Assembly (NCBI GenBank): GCA_963783305.1
Contig: CAWAMW010000002.1
Coordinates: forward strand, 320,001 to 384,000
DNA length: 64,000 bases
Origin: an uncultured Gemmatimonadales bacterium
Lineage (GTDB): Bacteria; Gemmatimonadota; Gemmatimonadetes; Longimicrobiales; RSA9
Direction of reading: 5' to 3'
The notes beneath the pieces are model-generated. The model was not told where the DNA came from. It did no database searches and saw nothing but the letters and a program-made list of their open reading frames with translations. The stretch's first letter is position 1, and every line of letters starts with the position of its first letter. Positions 17,255 to 27,432 of the stretch are shown in pieces. The translations under genes were made by a program, and so were the position numbers.

Positions 17255-18505
17255 CTACGAGGCCGCGGCGGTCGTTCGGGGGCCCCAGCGGCGGGCCACG
17301 TAGTCGTGCAGAATCTCCATGAACTCCTCCACCAGGCCGTCGCCCTTCAGCGTGGTGAAGAGCTCACCGTCCACGTAGACGGGCGCCTTGGGCTCCTCGA
17401 ACGTGCCCGGCAGGCTGATGCCAATGTGGGCGTGCTTCGACTCGCCGGGGCCGTTCACGACGCAGCCCATGACCGCCAGCTTCAGCTCCTCCACACCCGG
17501 GTACTTCTCCCGCCACTCGGGCATCTGCTCCCGCGTGTACTCCTGGATGTCCTCCGCCATCTTCTGGAAGAAGGTGCTCGTGGTGCGGCCGCAGCCGGGG
17601 CACGACGTGACCTGCGGCGTGAAGCTGCGGATACCCAGGGACTGGAGCACCTGCTGCGCGACCCGGACCTCCTCGGAGCGGTCGCCGCCGGGGCGCGGTG
17701 TGAGCGAGACGCGGATCGTGTCGCCGATCCCCCGCTGGAGCACGATGCTGAGCCCCGCAGTGGTGGCCACCACCCCCTTCGTGCCCATCCCGGCTTCGGT
17801 GAGACCCAGGTGCAGCGGGTAGTCGCAGCGCTCCGCCAGCCGGGAGTAGACATCCACCAGGTCCTGCACACCGCTGACTTTCGCGCTGATGATGATCCGG
17901 TCGTGCCCCAGACCCGTCTCCTCGGCCAGCTCCGCCGACCGGAGCGCGCTCTCGATCATCGCCTCGATCATGACCTCGCGCGCGTCCGCCGGCTCGGGGA
18001 GACGGGCGTTCGCGTCCATCATCTCCGTCAGCAGCTGCTGGTCCAGGCTGCCCCAGTTCACGCCGATCCGGACGGGCCTGCCGTGCTCCATCGCCACACG
18101 CACGATCGTCTGGAAGTGCGCGTCCCGACGCTTCGCTCCCACGTTCCCCGGATTGATCCGGTACTTCGCAAGGGACCGCGCCATCTCGGGGTACTTCGGC
18201 AGCAGCAGATGCCCGTTGTAGTGGAAGTCCCCGACGATCGGCACGTCGATGCCCACGTCCCGGAGCCGCTCGACGATCCCCGGCACCGCCGCGGCCGCCT
18301 CGTCGTTGTTCACCGTGATCCGCACGATCTCGCTGCCGGCCCCGGCCAGCAGCGCCACCTGCTCCGCCGTGGCCGCCGCGTCCGCCGTGTCGGTGTTCGT
18401 CATCGACTGCACGACGATCGGGTGGGCACTCCCCACCTTCACGCCGCCCACGTCCACCGTGACCGTCTGTCTCCGTAGGATCCCGTTCGTGCTCATCTCT
18501 TCCAT
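17255..18505 (-). CDS. ispG: HMBPP synthase (MEP pathway)
   Basis: [64 protein letters not shown]. Start 18505 or 18496. Confidence 0.96.
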   Translation of the reverse strand: MEEMSTNGILRRQTVTVDVGGVKVGSAHPIVVQSMTNTDTADAAATAEQVALLAGAGSEIVRITVNNDEAAAAVPGIVERLRDVGIDVPIVGDFHYNGHLLLPKYPEMARSLAKYRINPGNVGAKRRDAHFQTIVRVAMEHGRPVRIGVNWGSLDQQLLTEMMDANARLPEPADAREVMIEAMIESALRSAELAEETGLGHDRIIISAKVSGVQDLVDVYSRLAERCDYPLHLGLTEAGMGTKGVVATTAGLSIVLQRGIGDTIRVSLTPRPGGDRSEEVRVAQQVLQSLGIRSFTPQVTSCPGCGRTTSTFFQKMAEDIQEYTREQMPEWREKYPGVEELKLAVMGCVVNGPGESKHAHIGISLPGTFEEPKAPVYVDGELFTTLKGDGLVEEFMEILHDYVARRWGPRTTAAAS

Positions 18506-18713
18506 CGCTGTTCCGGTGCGGGCGCAAGCTAACCATGCCGGCGTGGCGTTGTACACCGGTGGACCCGGAGGGTTTGACGGGGGCGGGTTGTGTGCCTCTG
18601 TGTGGAAACGATGGGGCTGCCCCGCACTCCTCAACCATCCACCGCCCCTTTCCCCCGCCGCTCCGGTCCCGCATGATACCCGGCGGACGGACCCTCAACG
18701 GATCGGCCGTGAC

Positions 18714-20069
18714 ATGAATGCGCTTCTCGCCGCGCGGGCCCAGATGGAGGTCTCGCTGGCGTTTCACATGGTGTTCGCCGCCCTGGGTATCGGGCTCCCC
18801 CTCCTCATGCTCATCGCCGAAGGGCTCTGGCTCCGCACGGGGCGCGAGCACTACCGGCACCTGGCCCGAACGTGGGCCAAGGCGACGGCGTTGACATTCG
18901 CGGTGGGCGCGGTGTCGGGGACGGCGCTCTCCTTCGAGCTGGGGCTGCTCTGGCCGCGATTCATGGAGGTGGCCGGCGGCGTCGTCGGGCCGGCCTTCGC
19001 TCTCGAAGGCTACGCGTTCTTCCTGGAGGCGATCTTCCTCGGCCTCTACCTCTATGGCTGGGACCGGCTCTCGCCGCGCGCCCACTGGTGGACCGGCGTG
19101 CCGATCGCCTTCACGGGGCTCACATCGGGGATCCTGGTGGTCGCCGCGAACGCGTGGATGCAGACGCCCATCGGGATCCACCCGGACGCCCTCGCGACCG
19201 TCGGCTCCGGGCCGCTGGCCATGGCGGACCCCCTCGCCGTCTTCAAGACACCCGCGTGGTTCCACATGGCGCTCCACTCCTCGCTCTCCGCGTACGTGGC
19301 CACCGGCTTCGCGGTGGCGGGCGTCTACGCGCTCGGGCTGCTGCGCGGCCGACACAACGCGTATCACCGGAGCGCCCTTGCCATCGCGCTGGCCGTGGGC
19401 GGCGCGGGCGCCGTGCTCCAGCCGCTCTCGGGTGACCTCAGCGCGCGCGCCATCGCCGATTACCAGCCGGCGAAGCTCGCCGCGGCCGAGGCGCACTACG
19501 AGACCATGCGTGGCGCGCCGCTCACGATCGGCGGGATCCCGACGGGCGACCGCGAGCTGATCCTCGGCCTGCAGATTCCCAACGGCCTCAGTCTCCTCGC
19601 CTACCACGACCCCGATGCCGAGGTGCTCGGGCTCGAGGAATGGCCGCAGGACGAGCAGCCGAACGTCGTCATCACACACCTGGCCTTCCAGGCGATGGTC
19701 GGCCTGGGCTTCGCCATGCTCGCGCTGGCGCTGGCGTTCTGGTGGTTCCGCTGGAGGGACCCCGAGTCCGTTCCGCGACGGCGGCTCCTGCTGTGGGCGA
19801 TCCTCGTGGGCTCACCCGCCGGCATGCTGGCGCTGGAGGCCGGGTGGCTGGTGACGGAGGTGGGTCGTCAGCCGTGGGTGATCTACGAGGTCATGACCAC
19901 GGCCGCCGGGGTCACACCCGTGGACGACGTGCCCATCACGCTCCTCGGGTTCTTCGTCCTCTACACGGCCCTCGGCGCCGCGCTGGTCACACTCCTGCGG
20001 GCGCTGGCGAGCAGCAACGAGTACGGGCGCGCGCCCACCCCGGAAGAACGGGAGGCGAGCCATGTTTGA
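18714..20069 (+). CDS. cydA: Cytochrome bd oxidase subunit I
   Basis: AFHMVF, GAVSG, EGYAFFLE, ANAWMQTP, QPAKLAA, EAGW..EVGRQPW. Confidence 0.95.
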   Translation: MNALLAARAQMEVSLAFHMVFAALGIGLPLLMLIAEGLWLRTGREHYRHLARTWAKATALTFAVGAVSGTALSFELGLLWPRFMEVAGGVVGPAFALEGYAFFLEAIFLGLYLYGWDRLSPRAHWWTGVPIAFTGLTSGILVVAANAWMQTPIGIHPDALATVGSGPLAMADPLAVFKTPAWFHMALHSSLSAYVATGFAVAGVYALGLLRGRHNAYHRSALAIALAVGGAGAVLQPLSGDLSARAIADYQPAKLAAAEAHYETMRGAPLTIGGIPTGDRELILGLQIPNGLSLLAYHDPDAEVLGLEEWPQDEQPNVVITHLAFQAMVGLGFAMLALALAFWWFRWRDPESVPRRRLLLWAILVGSPAGMLALEAGWLVTEVGRQPWVIYEVMTTAAGVTPVDDVPITLLGFFVLYTALGAALVTLLRALASSNEYGRAPTPEEREASHV

Positions 20070-21081
20070 GATCGGCGCGGCGGGTCTGACGCTCCTGGCC
20101 GTCGTGGCGTACGGCGTCCTGGGCGGAGCGGACTTCGGCGGCGGGATCTGGGACGCCTTCGCTGGCGGCCCCCGCAAGCAGGAGCAGCGGGACGCGATCT
20201 CCCAGGCCATGGGGCCGGTGTGGGAGGCCAACCACGTCTGGCTGATCTTCGTGATCGTGCTGCTCTTCAGCGCGTTCCCGCCGGCATACGCGGCGCTCAG
20301 CGTAGGGCTGTTCTTCCTCTTCCATCTGGTGCTTCTGGGAATCATCCTGCGCGGCGCGTCCTTCGTGTTCCGCGCGTACAGCCCTGAGGGCAGCCGGAAC
20401 GTGGATGGCGACGAGCGCACGCTCGGGCGGAGCGGCGGCCGCTGGGGCGTCGTGTTCGGCGTGGCGAGCGTGATCACGCCAGTGCTGCTGGGCATGAGCC
20501 TCGGGGCCGTCTCCGCGGGGGGCTTCCACGTGGCCAATGCGGTGGTCACGCTGGAAGGCATCCCCTGGCTGGCGCCCGTGTCGCTGGCGATGGGGGCGTT
20601 CGCGCTGGCGCTCTGCGCGTACCTGGCCGCGACCTTCCTTGCCTACGAGACGCGGGGTGAGCTGCAGGAGGATTTCCGGCAGCGGGCGCTCTGGGCGGGC
20701 ACGGTCGTCGTCGCGCTCTCGGTGCTGCTGCTCCCGCTGCTGGCGATCGATGCGCCACACCTGTGGGCGGGGCTGCTCGCGACCCGCACACTGCCGGTTC
20801 TGGGCGTGGGGCTGGTCGCCGCGCTGGCGTCGGGGTGGTGGCTGCGGACCCGCCGCTACCGCGCCGCGCGCATTGCCGCCATCGGACAGGTGGGCTGCCT
20901 CCTCGCCGGGTGGGGACTGGCGCAGTACCCGTACATCATCTACCCGGACGTGACGATCTACTCCGCCGCGGCGCCGGAACCCACGCTCCAGTTCATCCTG
21001 TACAGCCTGCCGCTCGGACTGGCCCTGCTGCTGCCCAGCCTCTGGTTCCTGTTCCGGGTGTTCAAGGGAGAGGTCCTCTAG
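20062..21081 (+). CDS. cydB: Cytochrome bd oxidase subunit II
   Basis: GGADFGGG, GPVWEANHVWL, LRGASF; follows cydA. Confidence 0.95.
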   Translation: MFEIGAAGLTLLAVVAYGVLGGADFGGGIWDAFAGGPRKQEQRDAISQAMGPVWEANHVWLIFVIVLLFSAFPPAYAALSVGLFFLFHLVLLGIILRGASFVFRAYSPEGSRNVDGDERTLGRSGGRWGVVFGVASVITPVLLGMSLGAVSAGGFHVANAVVTLEGIPWLAPVSLAMGAFALALCAYLAATFLAYETRGELQEDFRQRALWAGTVVVALSVLLLPLLAIDAPHLWAGLLATRTLPVLGVGLVAALASGWWLRTRRYRAARIAAIGQVGCLLAGWGLAQYPYIIYPDVTIYSAAAPEPTLQFILYSLPLGLALLLPSLWFLFRVFKGEVL

Positions 21082-21409
21082 CTGGCAGATCGCTGAAACG
21101 GGTGGGCGGGGAGCGAACGGTCCCTGGCGCTCCCTGTCGATCCCGTCGCTTCGATCGCTGGTCGATCGCTTCGGCCTGTGGCCTCGCTGGTCGATCTCCG
21201 CTGCGCTCCGTCTTCTCGCGGAGTCGCGCCGTCGCCGTAGCTGGAAACACACGCGCGTGCCCCTCCCTATCGACGCCGCGCGCAGCGCGGTCGCCTCGCG
21301 CAAAGCGCGGGCGATCGACCCCCCGCGCCAGCGGGTCCCGAAGGGAGCGGAGCGACCGAAGGGATCGACCCTCGACCCGCCTCCCCCGACTTCTTCAGCA
21401 GCCCGCCAG
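21082..21409. repeat. ~330-bp long imperfect inverted-repeat element (MITE-like or structured RNA)
   Basis: Nested complementary blocks 21082-97/21394-409 (12/16), 21136-44/21361-69, 21160-69/21311-20, 21199-206/21280-87, 21226-34/21271-79; fills the gap between convergent stop codons. Confidence 0.6.
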
Positions 21410-21410
21410 A

Positions 21411-22781
21411 CTAGACGCCCCGCAGCTGCACCGCCTTCGCCACCCGCTGGATCGCCACCATGAAGGCGGCGGTCCGGAGCGAGGTCGAGTGCTCGCGCGC
21501 GGTGTCGCGGACCGCGTCGTAGGCGTTCCCCATGATGGCGATGAGCTCCTGGTCTACCTTCTCCGCGGTCCAGCGGAACTGCTGGAGGTTCTGGACCCAC
21601 TCGAAGTAGGAGACGGTGACGCCGCCGGCGTTCGCCAGGATGTCGGGTACCACGATGACCCCACGCTCGTCGAGCACCGCGTCAGCGGCCGGTGTGGTGG
21701 GGGCGTTGGCGCCCTCCACCAGCAGCTTGGCCTTCACGTGGCGCGCGTTCCAGCGATGGATCACGCCGCCCAGCGCAGCGGGGACGAGGATGTCGACGTC
21801 CAGGGTGAGCAGGTCATCGTTGCTGATCCTGCTCACGCCATCAAGCGCCACCACGCTCTCGCCGCCGCGTACGATCTCGACCAGCCGCTCCACGTCCAGG
21901 CCCCGTTCGTCGTGGATCGCCCCGTCCACATCGCTCACCGCCACGATCCGGGCGCCCAGCTCGGCCAGGTAGTGGGCGCTCCAGCTGCCCACGTTGCCGA
22001 AGCCCTGGACGGCGACGGTCGCGCCCTTCAGGTCGATGCCGTGGTCCGCGGCCGCGCGCTCCGTGATCACCGAGACGCCACGACCGGTAGCCGACTCGCG
22101 GCCGGGGGAGCCGCCCACCTCCAGCGGCTTGCCGGTCACCACGGCCGGGGTGAACCCCTCGAACTTCGAGTACTCGTCCACGATCCACGCCATGACCTGC
22201 GCGTTCGTGTTCACATCCGGGGCCGGAATGTCCTGGTTGGGACCGATGAACTGGTGGATCCTCTCGACGAACGTGCGAGTGATACGCTCCAGCTCCGCAG
22301 GGGTCAGGTCCCGCGGGTCCACGTCGATTCCGCCCTTTCCACCGCCGTAGGGAATGTCCACCACCGCGGTTTTCCATGTCATGAGCGACGCGAGCGCCCG
22401 CGCCTCGTCCAGGTCCACTTCGGGATGGTACCTGAGCCCCCCCTTCATCGGGCCGCGGGCATTGTTGTGCTGGACGCGATAGCCATGAAACGTTCGGATC
22501 GAGCCCGCGTCGTCCAGGAGCGGGATTTCCACCATGACCTCGCGATACGGGGTCTTGAGCGCGACCTGGAGGTGCTCCGGCAGGCCCAGCCGCCGCGCCG
22601 CGCAGTCGAACTGGTAGTTCACCGCCTCGAACGGTGTCATCTGATCCGCGGCGGCGACATGCTCGGCACCCGCCGGCTGCTCCGCCGTTTTCAGCGCCTC
22701 CCGCTCCGCACCCCGCAGCCGCGCCTCGCTTCCCGGCGCGGGCGCGGTGGCCCGATCCGTCCCGGAATCCTCTTCGCTCAT
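21411..22781 (-). CDS. gdhA: Glutamate dehydrogenase (Glu/Leu/Phe/Val family)
   Basis: GYRVQH, GPMKGGLRY, GGGKGG, DIPAPD, TGKP..GGS, QGFGNVG, NAGGVTVSYFEW. Confidence 0.93.
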   Translation of the reverse strand: MSEEDSGTDRATAPAPGSEARLRGAEREALKTAEQPAGAEHVAAADQMTPFEAVNYQFDCAARRLGLPEHLQVALKTPYREVMVEIPLLDDAGSIRTFHGYRVQHNNARGPMKGGLRYHPEVDLDEARALASLMTWKTAVVDIPYGGGKGGIDVDPRDLTPAELERITRTFVERIHQFIGPNQDIPAPDVNTNAQVMAWIVDEYSKFEGFTPAVVTGKPLEVGGSPGRESATGRGVSVITERAAADHGIDLKGATVAVQGFGNVGSWSAHYLAELGARIVAVSDVDGAIHDERGLDVERLVEIVRGGESVVALDGVSRISNDDLLTLDVDILVPAALGGVIHRWNARHVKAKLLVEGANAPTTPAADAVLDERGVIVVPDILANAGGVTVSYFEWVQNLQQFRWTAEKVDQELIAIMGNAYDAVRDTAREHSTSLRTAAFMVAIQRVAKAVQLRGV

Positions 22782-22972
22782 GGCTCCCCCGTCGTTCCAG
22801 CGTCCATTGACTCGACCAGCGTGGCGTGAGCGCGTCCGATCTCGCGCTGGCCCCCTCCGGCACCGTGACGCTGCGTGATGCAGTTTCCAATCCGCTTGTC
22901 GGTGGCGGCGAAAACGGCACGATTATGGCATCGATCGAACCGCTTACGCATACAGCCCTGGAGGAGTCGCTG

Positions 22973-23443
22973 ATGCTCGAGGAGGGCAGGGAAGCACCGG
23001 ATTTCGTGCTGGACGGAATCGACGGAGAGGGTGAGCCGCTACGCGTCCGGCTCTCGGATCTGCGCGGCAGGCCCGTCGTGCTGTACTTCTACCCGAAGGA
23101 CGACACCTCCGGCTGCACCAAGCAGGCGTGCGGGATCCGGGACGAGTGGTCGGCCTTCCGGGAGGCCGGGGCCGAGGTCCTGGGCGTGAGCCCCGACGAC
23201 GTGGACTCGCACCGCAGCTTCTCGTCGAAGTATGACCTGCCGTTCACACTCCTGGCGGACCCCGACCACGACGTGGCGGAGTCGTACGGGGTGTGGACGG
23301 AGAAATCAATGTACGGTCGCAACTACATGGGAATCGAGCGAAGTACCTTCGTGATTGACGCGGAAGGGCGCTTGAAGCGAATCATGCGACGGGTGAAGCC
23401 GAAGCTGCACGCCGACCAGGTTCTCGATGCTCTCCGAGAATAG
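22973..23443 (+). CDS. bcp: Peroxiredoxin, BCP/PrxQ type
   Basis: GGAGGAG RBS; YFYPKDDTSGCTKQAC, GVSPD, RSTFVID. Confidence 0.93.
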   Translation: MLEEGREAPDFVLDGIDGEGEPLRVRLSDLRGRPVVLYFYPKDDTSGCTKQACGIRDEWSAFREAGAEVLGVSPDDVDSHRSFSSKYDLPFTLLADPDHDVAESYGVWTEKSMYGRNYMGIERSTFVIDAEGRLKRIMRRVKPKLHADQVLDALRE

Positions 23444-26090
23444 CCCCGACCCCCGGGCAGCCCGAACCGATGCCGAACGGCGCGGCGAGACCCACCTTCG
23501 GCGCGACGATCTCTACCGGCTGCTGGTGGAGAGCACGAGGGATTACGCCATCTTCGTGCTGGACAGCACCGGCCACGTAGCCAGCTGGAACCCGGGCGGC
23601 GAACGGATCAAGGGGTACACGGCCGACGAGATCGTGGGCCAGCCGTACGAGGTCTTCTTCACGGACGAGGCGCGGGAGGCCGGTGAGCCGGCGGCCATGC
23701 TGGAGCGGGCGGTGCGGGACGGCCGGGTCGACGTGGAGGACTGGCGCTGTCGCAAGGATGGCACTCGGTTCTGGGCCCACGTGGTGCTCACGGCACTGTA
23801 CCAGGGTGATGAGCTCGTGGGCTTCGGCAAGGTCACCGCGGACCTGACGGTGGAGCGCACCGCGCGGGAGGAGCTGGCGCGGCGGGAGCGGCAGTTGGCG
23901 GAAGCGCAGCAGATCGCCCACCTGGGGAGCTGGGAGTTCGAGCGCGCCACGGGCCGGCTCTCGTGGTCGGACGAGCTGTTCCGGATCTTCGGCCTCCCAC
24001 CGGCCGAGCCGATCCACTACGAGACCTACCTGGAGATGCTGCATCCCGAGGACCGGGATGACGTGCGTCGGAAGGTCGAGACCTCACTCGAGGACGGCTC
24101 CCCCTACGTCCACCAGCACCGGATCGTCCGACCGGACGGCGAGGAGAGGTGGGTGCAGAGCCGGGGTGAGGTCACGTGGAACGAGGAACAGGATTCTCCG
24201 CGGCTGGCGGGGACTACGCTGGACATCACGGGCATCAAGGAGGCGGAAGACAGGGCGCGGCGGCTGTCGGCGGAGCAGGTCGCGCGCGAGGCGGCCGAAC
24301 GGACGGCGCAGCGGATGGGGTTCCTGGCGGAGGCCAGCGCGCTGCTTGGAGCGTCGCTCGAGTACGACGACACACTGAAGACGGTCGCGTGGATGGCGGT
24401 GCCCACGTTCGCCGACTGGTGCGCGGTGGACATCGTGGACCCGGTCGGTCAGCTCGAGCGCCTGGCGGTGGCCCACCTGGACCCGGCCGGCGTGGAGCTC
24501 GCCGAGTGGCTGCACGAGCGCTATCCCCCCGACCCGGACTCCGGCACCGGCACCTACGCGGTCGTACGGTCGGGAGAGGCGGAGCTGCACGAGGAGGTCA
24601 CCCCCGAGCTGCTCGAGCGCTCCGCGATGGACCCGGAGCACCTGGAGATCCTCAAGGAGCTGGGGCTCACGTCCGCCATGGTCGTCCCGATCCAGATCCG
24701 CGACCGGGCCCTCGGCGCCCTCACGTTCGTCTACTCGGACTCGGGTCGACGGTACGGGCAGGATGACCTCGTAGTGGCGCAGGAGCTGGCGAACCGGGCG
24801 GCGCTTGCTGTCGAGAACTCGCAGCTGCACACCGCCGAGAGAGACGCCCGCCGTCACGCGGAGCGGGCCACCGAGCGGACCATGCGCCTCCAGACCATCA
24901 CCGGCGAGCTGTCCGAGGCGGTGACTCCGGACGCCGTGGCCCAGGTGATGGTGGAACAGGGAACTGCCGCGCTGGAGGCCGCCGAGGGCGCCCTCGCCAT
25001 GGTCCAGGAGGATGGGTCGCTCACCATGATGCGCTCCACCGGCCTGCCCGACGAGGTCGTCAGCCACTACGCCCGCTTCACCAGGGACGCGGAGATCCCC
25101 CTGGCCGAGGCGGTCCGCACGGAGAAGCTGGTGATCGTGGAGGACATCTCCGACCGCGACGCGCGCTATCCAGAGATCGCGGCCGTGCGTCAGACCACCG
25201 GGACCAGCTCGCTGGTCGCGGTACCGCTCCGCTCGGGGGAGGGTGTCATCGGCAGCCTGGGCTTTGGCTATCGGGAGCAGAGACCGTTCACGGAGGACGA
25301 CCAGCGGTTCCTGCTCGCGCTCGGCCGCCAGTGCGCGCAGGCGCTGGAGCGGGCGTGGCTCTACGAGACGGAGCACGAGGCGCGGGAGGTCGCGGAGGCG
25401 GCGAGCCGGGCCAAGAGTCAGTTCGTGGCCATGATGAGCCATGAGCTGCGCACACCGCTGTCGGCGATTATCGGGTACCAGGAGCTGCTGACGGAGGAGA
25501 TCTCCGGCCCGATCAACGACGCGCAGCGGCAGCAGCTCGACCGCATCCAGTCCTCGGCCGCCCACCTCCGCGATCTCATCAACCAGATCCTGAGTCTGTC
25601 CCGCATTGAGGCGGGGAAGGAGGAAGTGGAGGCGGAGGAGGTAAACGTGGCGCGCATGACCCGGGAGGTGGCGCTGCTGATGCAGCAGAAGGCCGAGGCG
25701 CGAGGTCTCACGCTGGAGCTGGATCTGCCCGAGGAGCTGTACACCAGGACCGACGCTGGCAAGATCCGACAGGTGTTGCTCAACCTGCTGTCCAACGCGA
25801 TCAAGTTCACGAGTGAGGGCGGCGTGACGGTGGCGCTGAGGTCCGATCAGGACGCGATCCGCCTCAGCGTGACGGATACGGGGGCCGGAATCGCGCCGGA
25901 GGAGCGGGAGCGCATCTTCGACGCGTTCACCCAGGTCGACCAGTCCATGACGCGGAGCGTGGGCGGGAGCGGGCTTGGACTGGCGGTCAGCCAGCGCCTG
26001 GCGCGGCTGCTGGAGGGGGAGCTGGAACTCAAGTCGGAGCCGGGTCGCGGCAGCACGTTCACGCTGCGGCTGCCGCGCAACCCGGTCTAG
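23427..26090 (+). CDS. Cytoplasmic PAS-PAS-GAF-GAF histidine kinase
   Basis: DYAIFVLD..SWN.G.ERIKGY (PAS), LGSWE..WSDE (PAS_3), ADWCAVD (GAF), second GAF, MSHELRTPL, NLLSNAIKF, GSGLGL. Confidence 0.92.
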   Translation: MLSENSPDPRAARTDAERRGETHLRRDDLYRLLVESTRDYAIFVLDSTGHVASWNPGGERIKGYTADEIVGQPYEVFFTDEAREAGEPAAMLERAVRDGRVDVEDWRCRKDGTRFWAHVVLTALYQGDELVGFGKVTADLTVERTAREELARRERQLAEAQQIAHLGSWEFERATGRLSWSDELFRIFGLPPAEPIHYETYLEMLHPEDRDDVRRKVETSLEDGSPYVHQHRIVRPDGEERWVQSRGEVTWNEEQDSPRLAGTTLDITGIKEAEDRARRLSAEQVAREAAERTAQRMGFLAEASALLGASLEYDDTLKTVAWMAVPTFADWCAVDIVDPVGQLERLAVAHLDPAGVELAEWLHERYPPDPDSGTGTYAVVRSGEAELHEEVTPELLERSAMDPEHLEILKELGLTSAMVVPIQIRDRALGALTFVYSDSGRRYGQDDLVVAQELANRAALAVENSQLHTAERDARRHAERATERTMRLQTITGELSEAVTPDAVAQVMVEQGTAALEAAEGALAMVQEDGSLTMMRSTGLPDEVVSHYARFTRDAEIPLAEAVRTEKLVIVEDISDRDARYPEIAAVRQTTGTSSLVAVPLRSGEGVIGSLGFGYREQRPFTEDDQRFLLALGRQCAQALERAWLYETEHEAREVAEAASRAKSQFVAMMSHELRTPLSAIIGYQELLTEEISGPINDAQRQQLDRIQSSAAHLRDLINQILSLSRIEAGKEEVEAEEVNVARMTREVALLMQQKAEARGLTLELDLPEELYTRTDAGKIRQVLLNLLSNAIKFTSEGGVTVALRSDQDAIRLSVTDTGAGIAPEERERIFDAFTQVDQSMTRSVGGSGLGLAVSQRLARLLEGELELKSEPGRGSTFTLRLPRNPV

Positions 26091-26105
26091 GTCGGCCGCC
26101 TCGGC

Positions 26106-26426
26106 TCAGGTGGGCTCGGTCTTCACGGCCGTGCCGTAGCACATGATCTCGGCCGCACCGGTCATGATCATGGACGTCTGGAATCGGGTCATCACTACCG
26201 CGTCCGCCCCCAGCGACTCGGCCTCCTCGATCATGCGGTCGATGGCCTGCTCCCGGGCCTCGGCGAGCATCTTCGTGTACTCCCCGATCTCGCCGCCCGC
26301 AATGGAACGGAACAACGCCATGATGTCGCGCCCGATGAAGCGTGCGCGAATCGTGTTGCCGCGAACGAGCCCGAGGGTCTCGACAATGCGGCGGTCCTGG
26401 ATGTCCGGTGTCGTGGTCAGGGTCAT
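26106..26426 (-). CDS. YbjQ (UPF0145) family protein
   Basis: MTLTTT..LGLVRG..GGEIGEYT..AREQA..LGADAV..YGTAV; ATGA overlap. Confidence 0.9.
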   Translation of the reverse strand: MTLTTTPDIQDRRIVETLGLVRGNTIRARFIGRDIMALFRSIAGGEIGEYTKMLAEAREQAIDRMIEEAESLGADAVVMTRFQTSMIMTGAAEIMCYGTAVKTEPT

Positions 26427-26836
26427 CGCCGCAACTCCTTGTAGGGATCCGTCTTCAGATCGCGGAGTCGATCCACGGCCGCGGTGAGCAGGAGGGTAGC
26501 GAGACCCACCACCACGGCGCTGGTCGCCACCTTCTCCCAGAGCGCTTCGGCGCCAGTGAGGTAGGAGAATACGCCGTACACGACCCACACCAGCGCGCCG
26601 GCCACGAACAGCGTCCAGCCAACCGGCCGTGTCAGTCGGCGGTTGAGCTCGGTCCATACCGTCGGTCTCTCATCCATGCTTGCTCCCAGCTCGTTCAGGT
26701 CCACCTTGAGGCGGCGGAACACCGCCACCTCGCGCCGGAGCTCCGTACTCCGCTCCAGCGCCTCCTCCACGGCGTGGGACCGGTCGGGATCCAGCTCCCC
26801 GTCCAGGTACCGCATCAGCTCGTCGTGCCCGATCAT
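26423..26836 (-). CDS. Membrane anti-sigma factor
   Basis: HDELMRYLDGEL (anti-sigma N-terminus) plus two TM helices; ATGA-coupled to ECF sigma. Confidence 0.8.
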   Translation of the reverse strand: MIGHDELMRYLDGELDPDRSHAVEEALERSTELRREVAVFRRLKVDLNELGASMDERPTVWTELNRRLTRPVGWTLFVAGALVWVVYGVFSYLTGAEALWEKVATSAVVVGLATLLLTAAVDRLRDLKTDPYKELRR

Positions 26837-27432
26837 GGGTACTCCACCCCCAGCTCTTCGAGCGCCTCGCGAAGCGCTCGCCGCGCGTGATAGAGACGGC
26901 TCGCCACCGTGCCTTCCGGGATCGACATGGCCACGGCGATCTCGTTGTAGCTGAACCCCTCGATCTCTTTCATTACCAGTACTTCCCGGTGGTCGGCGGA
27001 GAGCCGCGCAAGGCCCTGCCACAGGACCTCCCGCGCCTTCGATCGGGCCCGGTCCCGCTCGGGATCGGACGAGGACGGCAACCGCTCCGCCAGCACCTGA
27101 TCGATCCGCTGCACCTGCAGCCCCGCCCTGCCCCGCCGCAGCGCGTCCCGGCACTGGTTCCGAAGGATCTGGAAGAACCACGGCCGGAAACTGCGACCCA
27201 GCTCGAACCGGCCCAGCGCCCCGTACGCCTTGATGAACGCCTGCTGCACCGCGTCCCGGGCGGCATCCGGATCGCCCATCATCGCCAGGGCGAGCCGCTG
27301 TCCCGCCGCCTCGTTGGCCCGGACCAGCGGTTCGTAAAAATGCGCCTGCCCGGCCCGGCACTTCCGGATCAGCTCCGTCTCCAGAGCGCGCTCCTGGTCC
27401 CTCATACGATGCGGGGCATCCGATTCCTTCAA
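26833..27432 (-). CDS. ECF sigma-70 factor
   Basis: DAVQQAFIKAY, FRPWFFQILRN, FSYNEIA..PEGTVASRLYHAR; TTG start overlapping upstream stop (ATG 27405 is an alternative). Confidence 0.9.
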   Translation of the reverse strand: MKESDAPHRMRDQERALETELIRKCRAGQAHFYEPLVRANEAAGQRLALAMMGDPDAARDAVQQAFIKAYGALGRFELGRSFRPWFFQILRNQCRDALRRGRAGLQVQRIDQVLAERLPSSSDPERDRARSKAREVLWQGLARLSADHREVLVMKEIEGFSYNEIAVAMSIPEGTVASRLYHARRALREALEELGVEYP

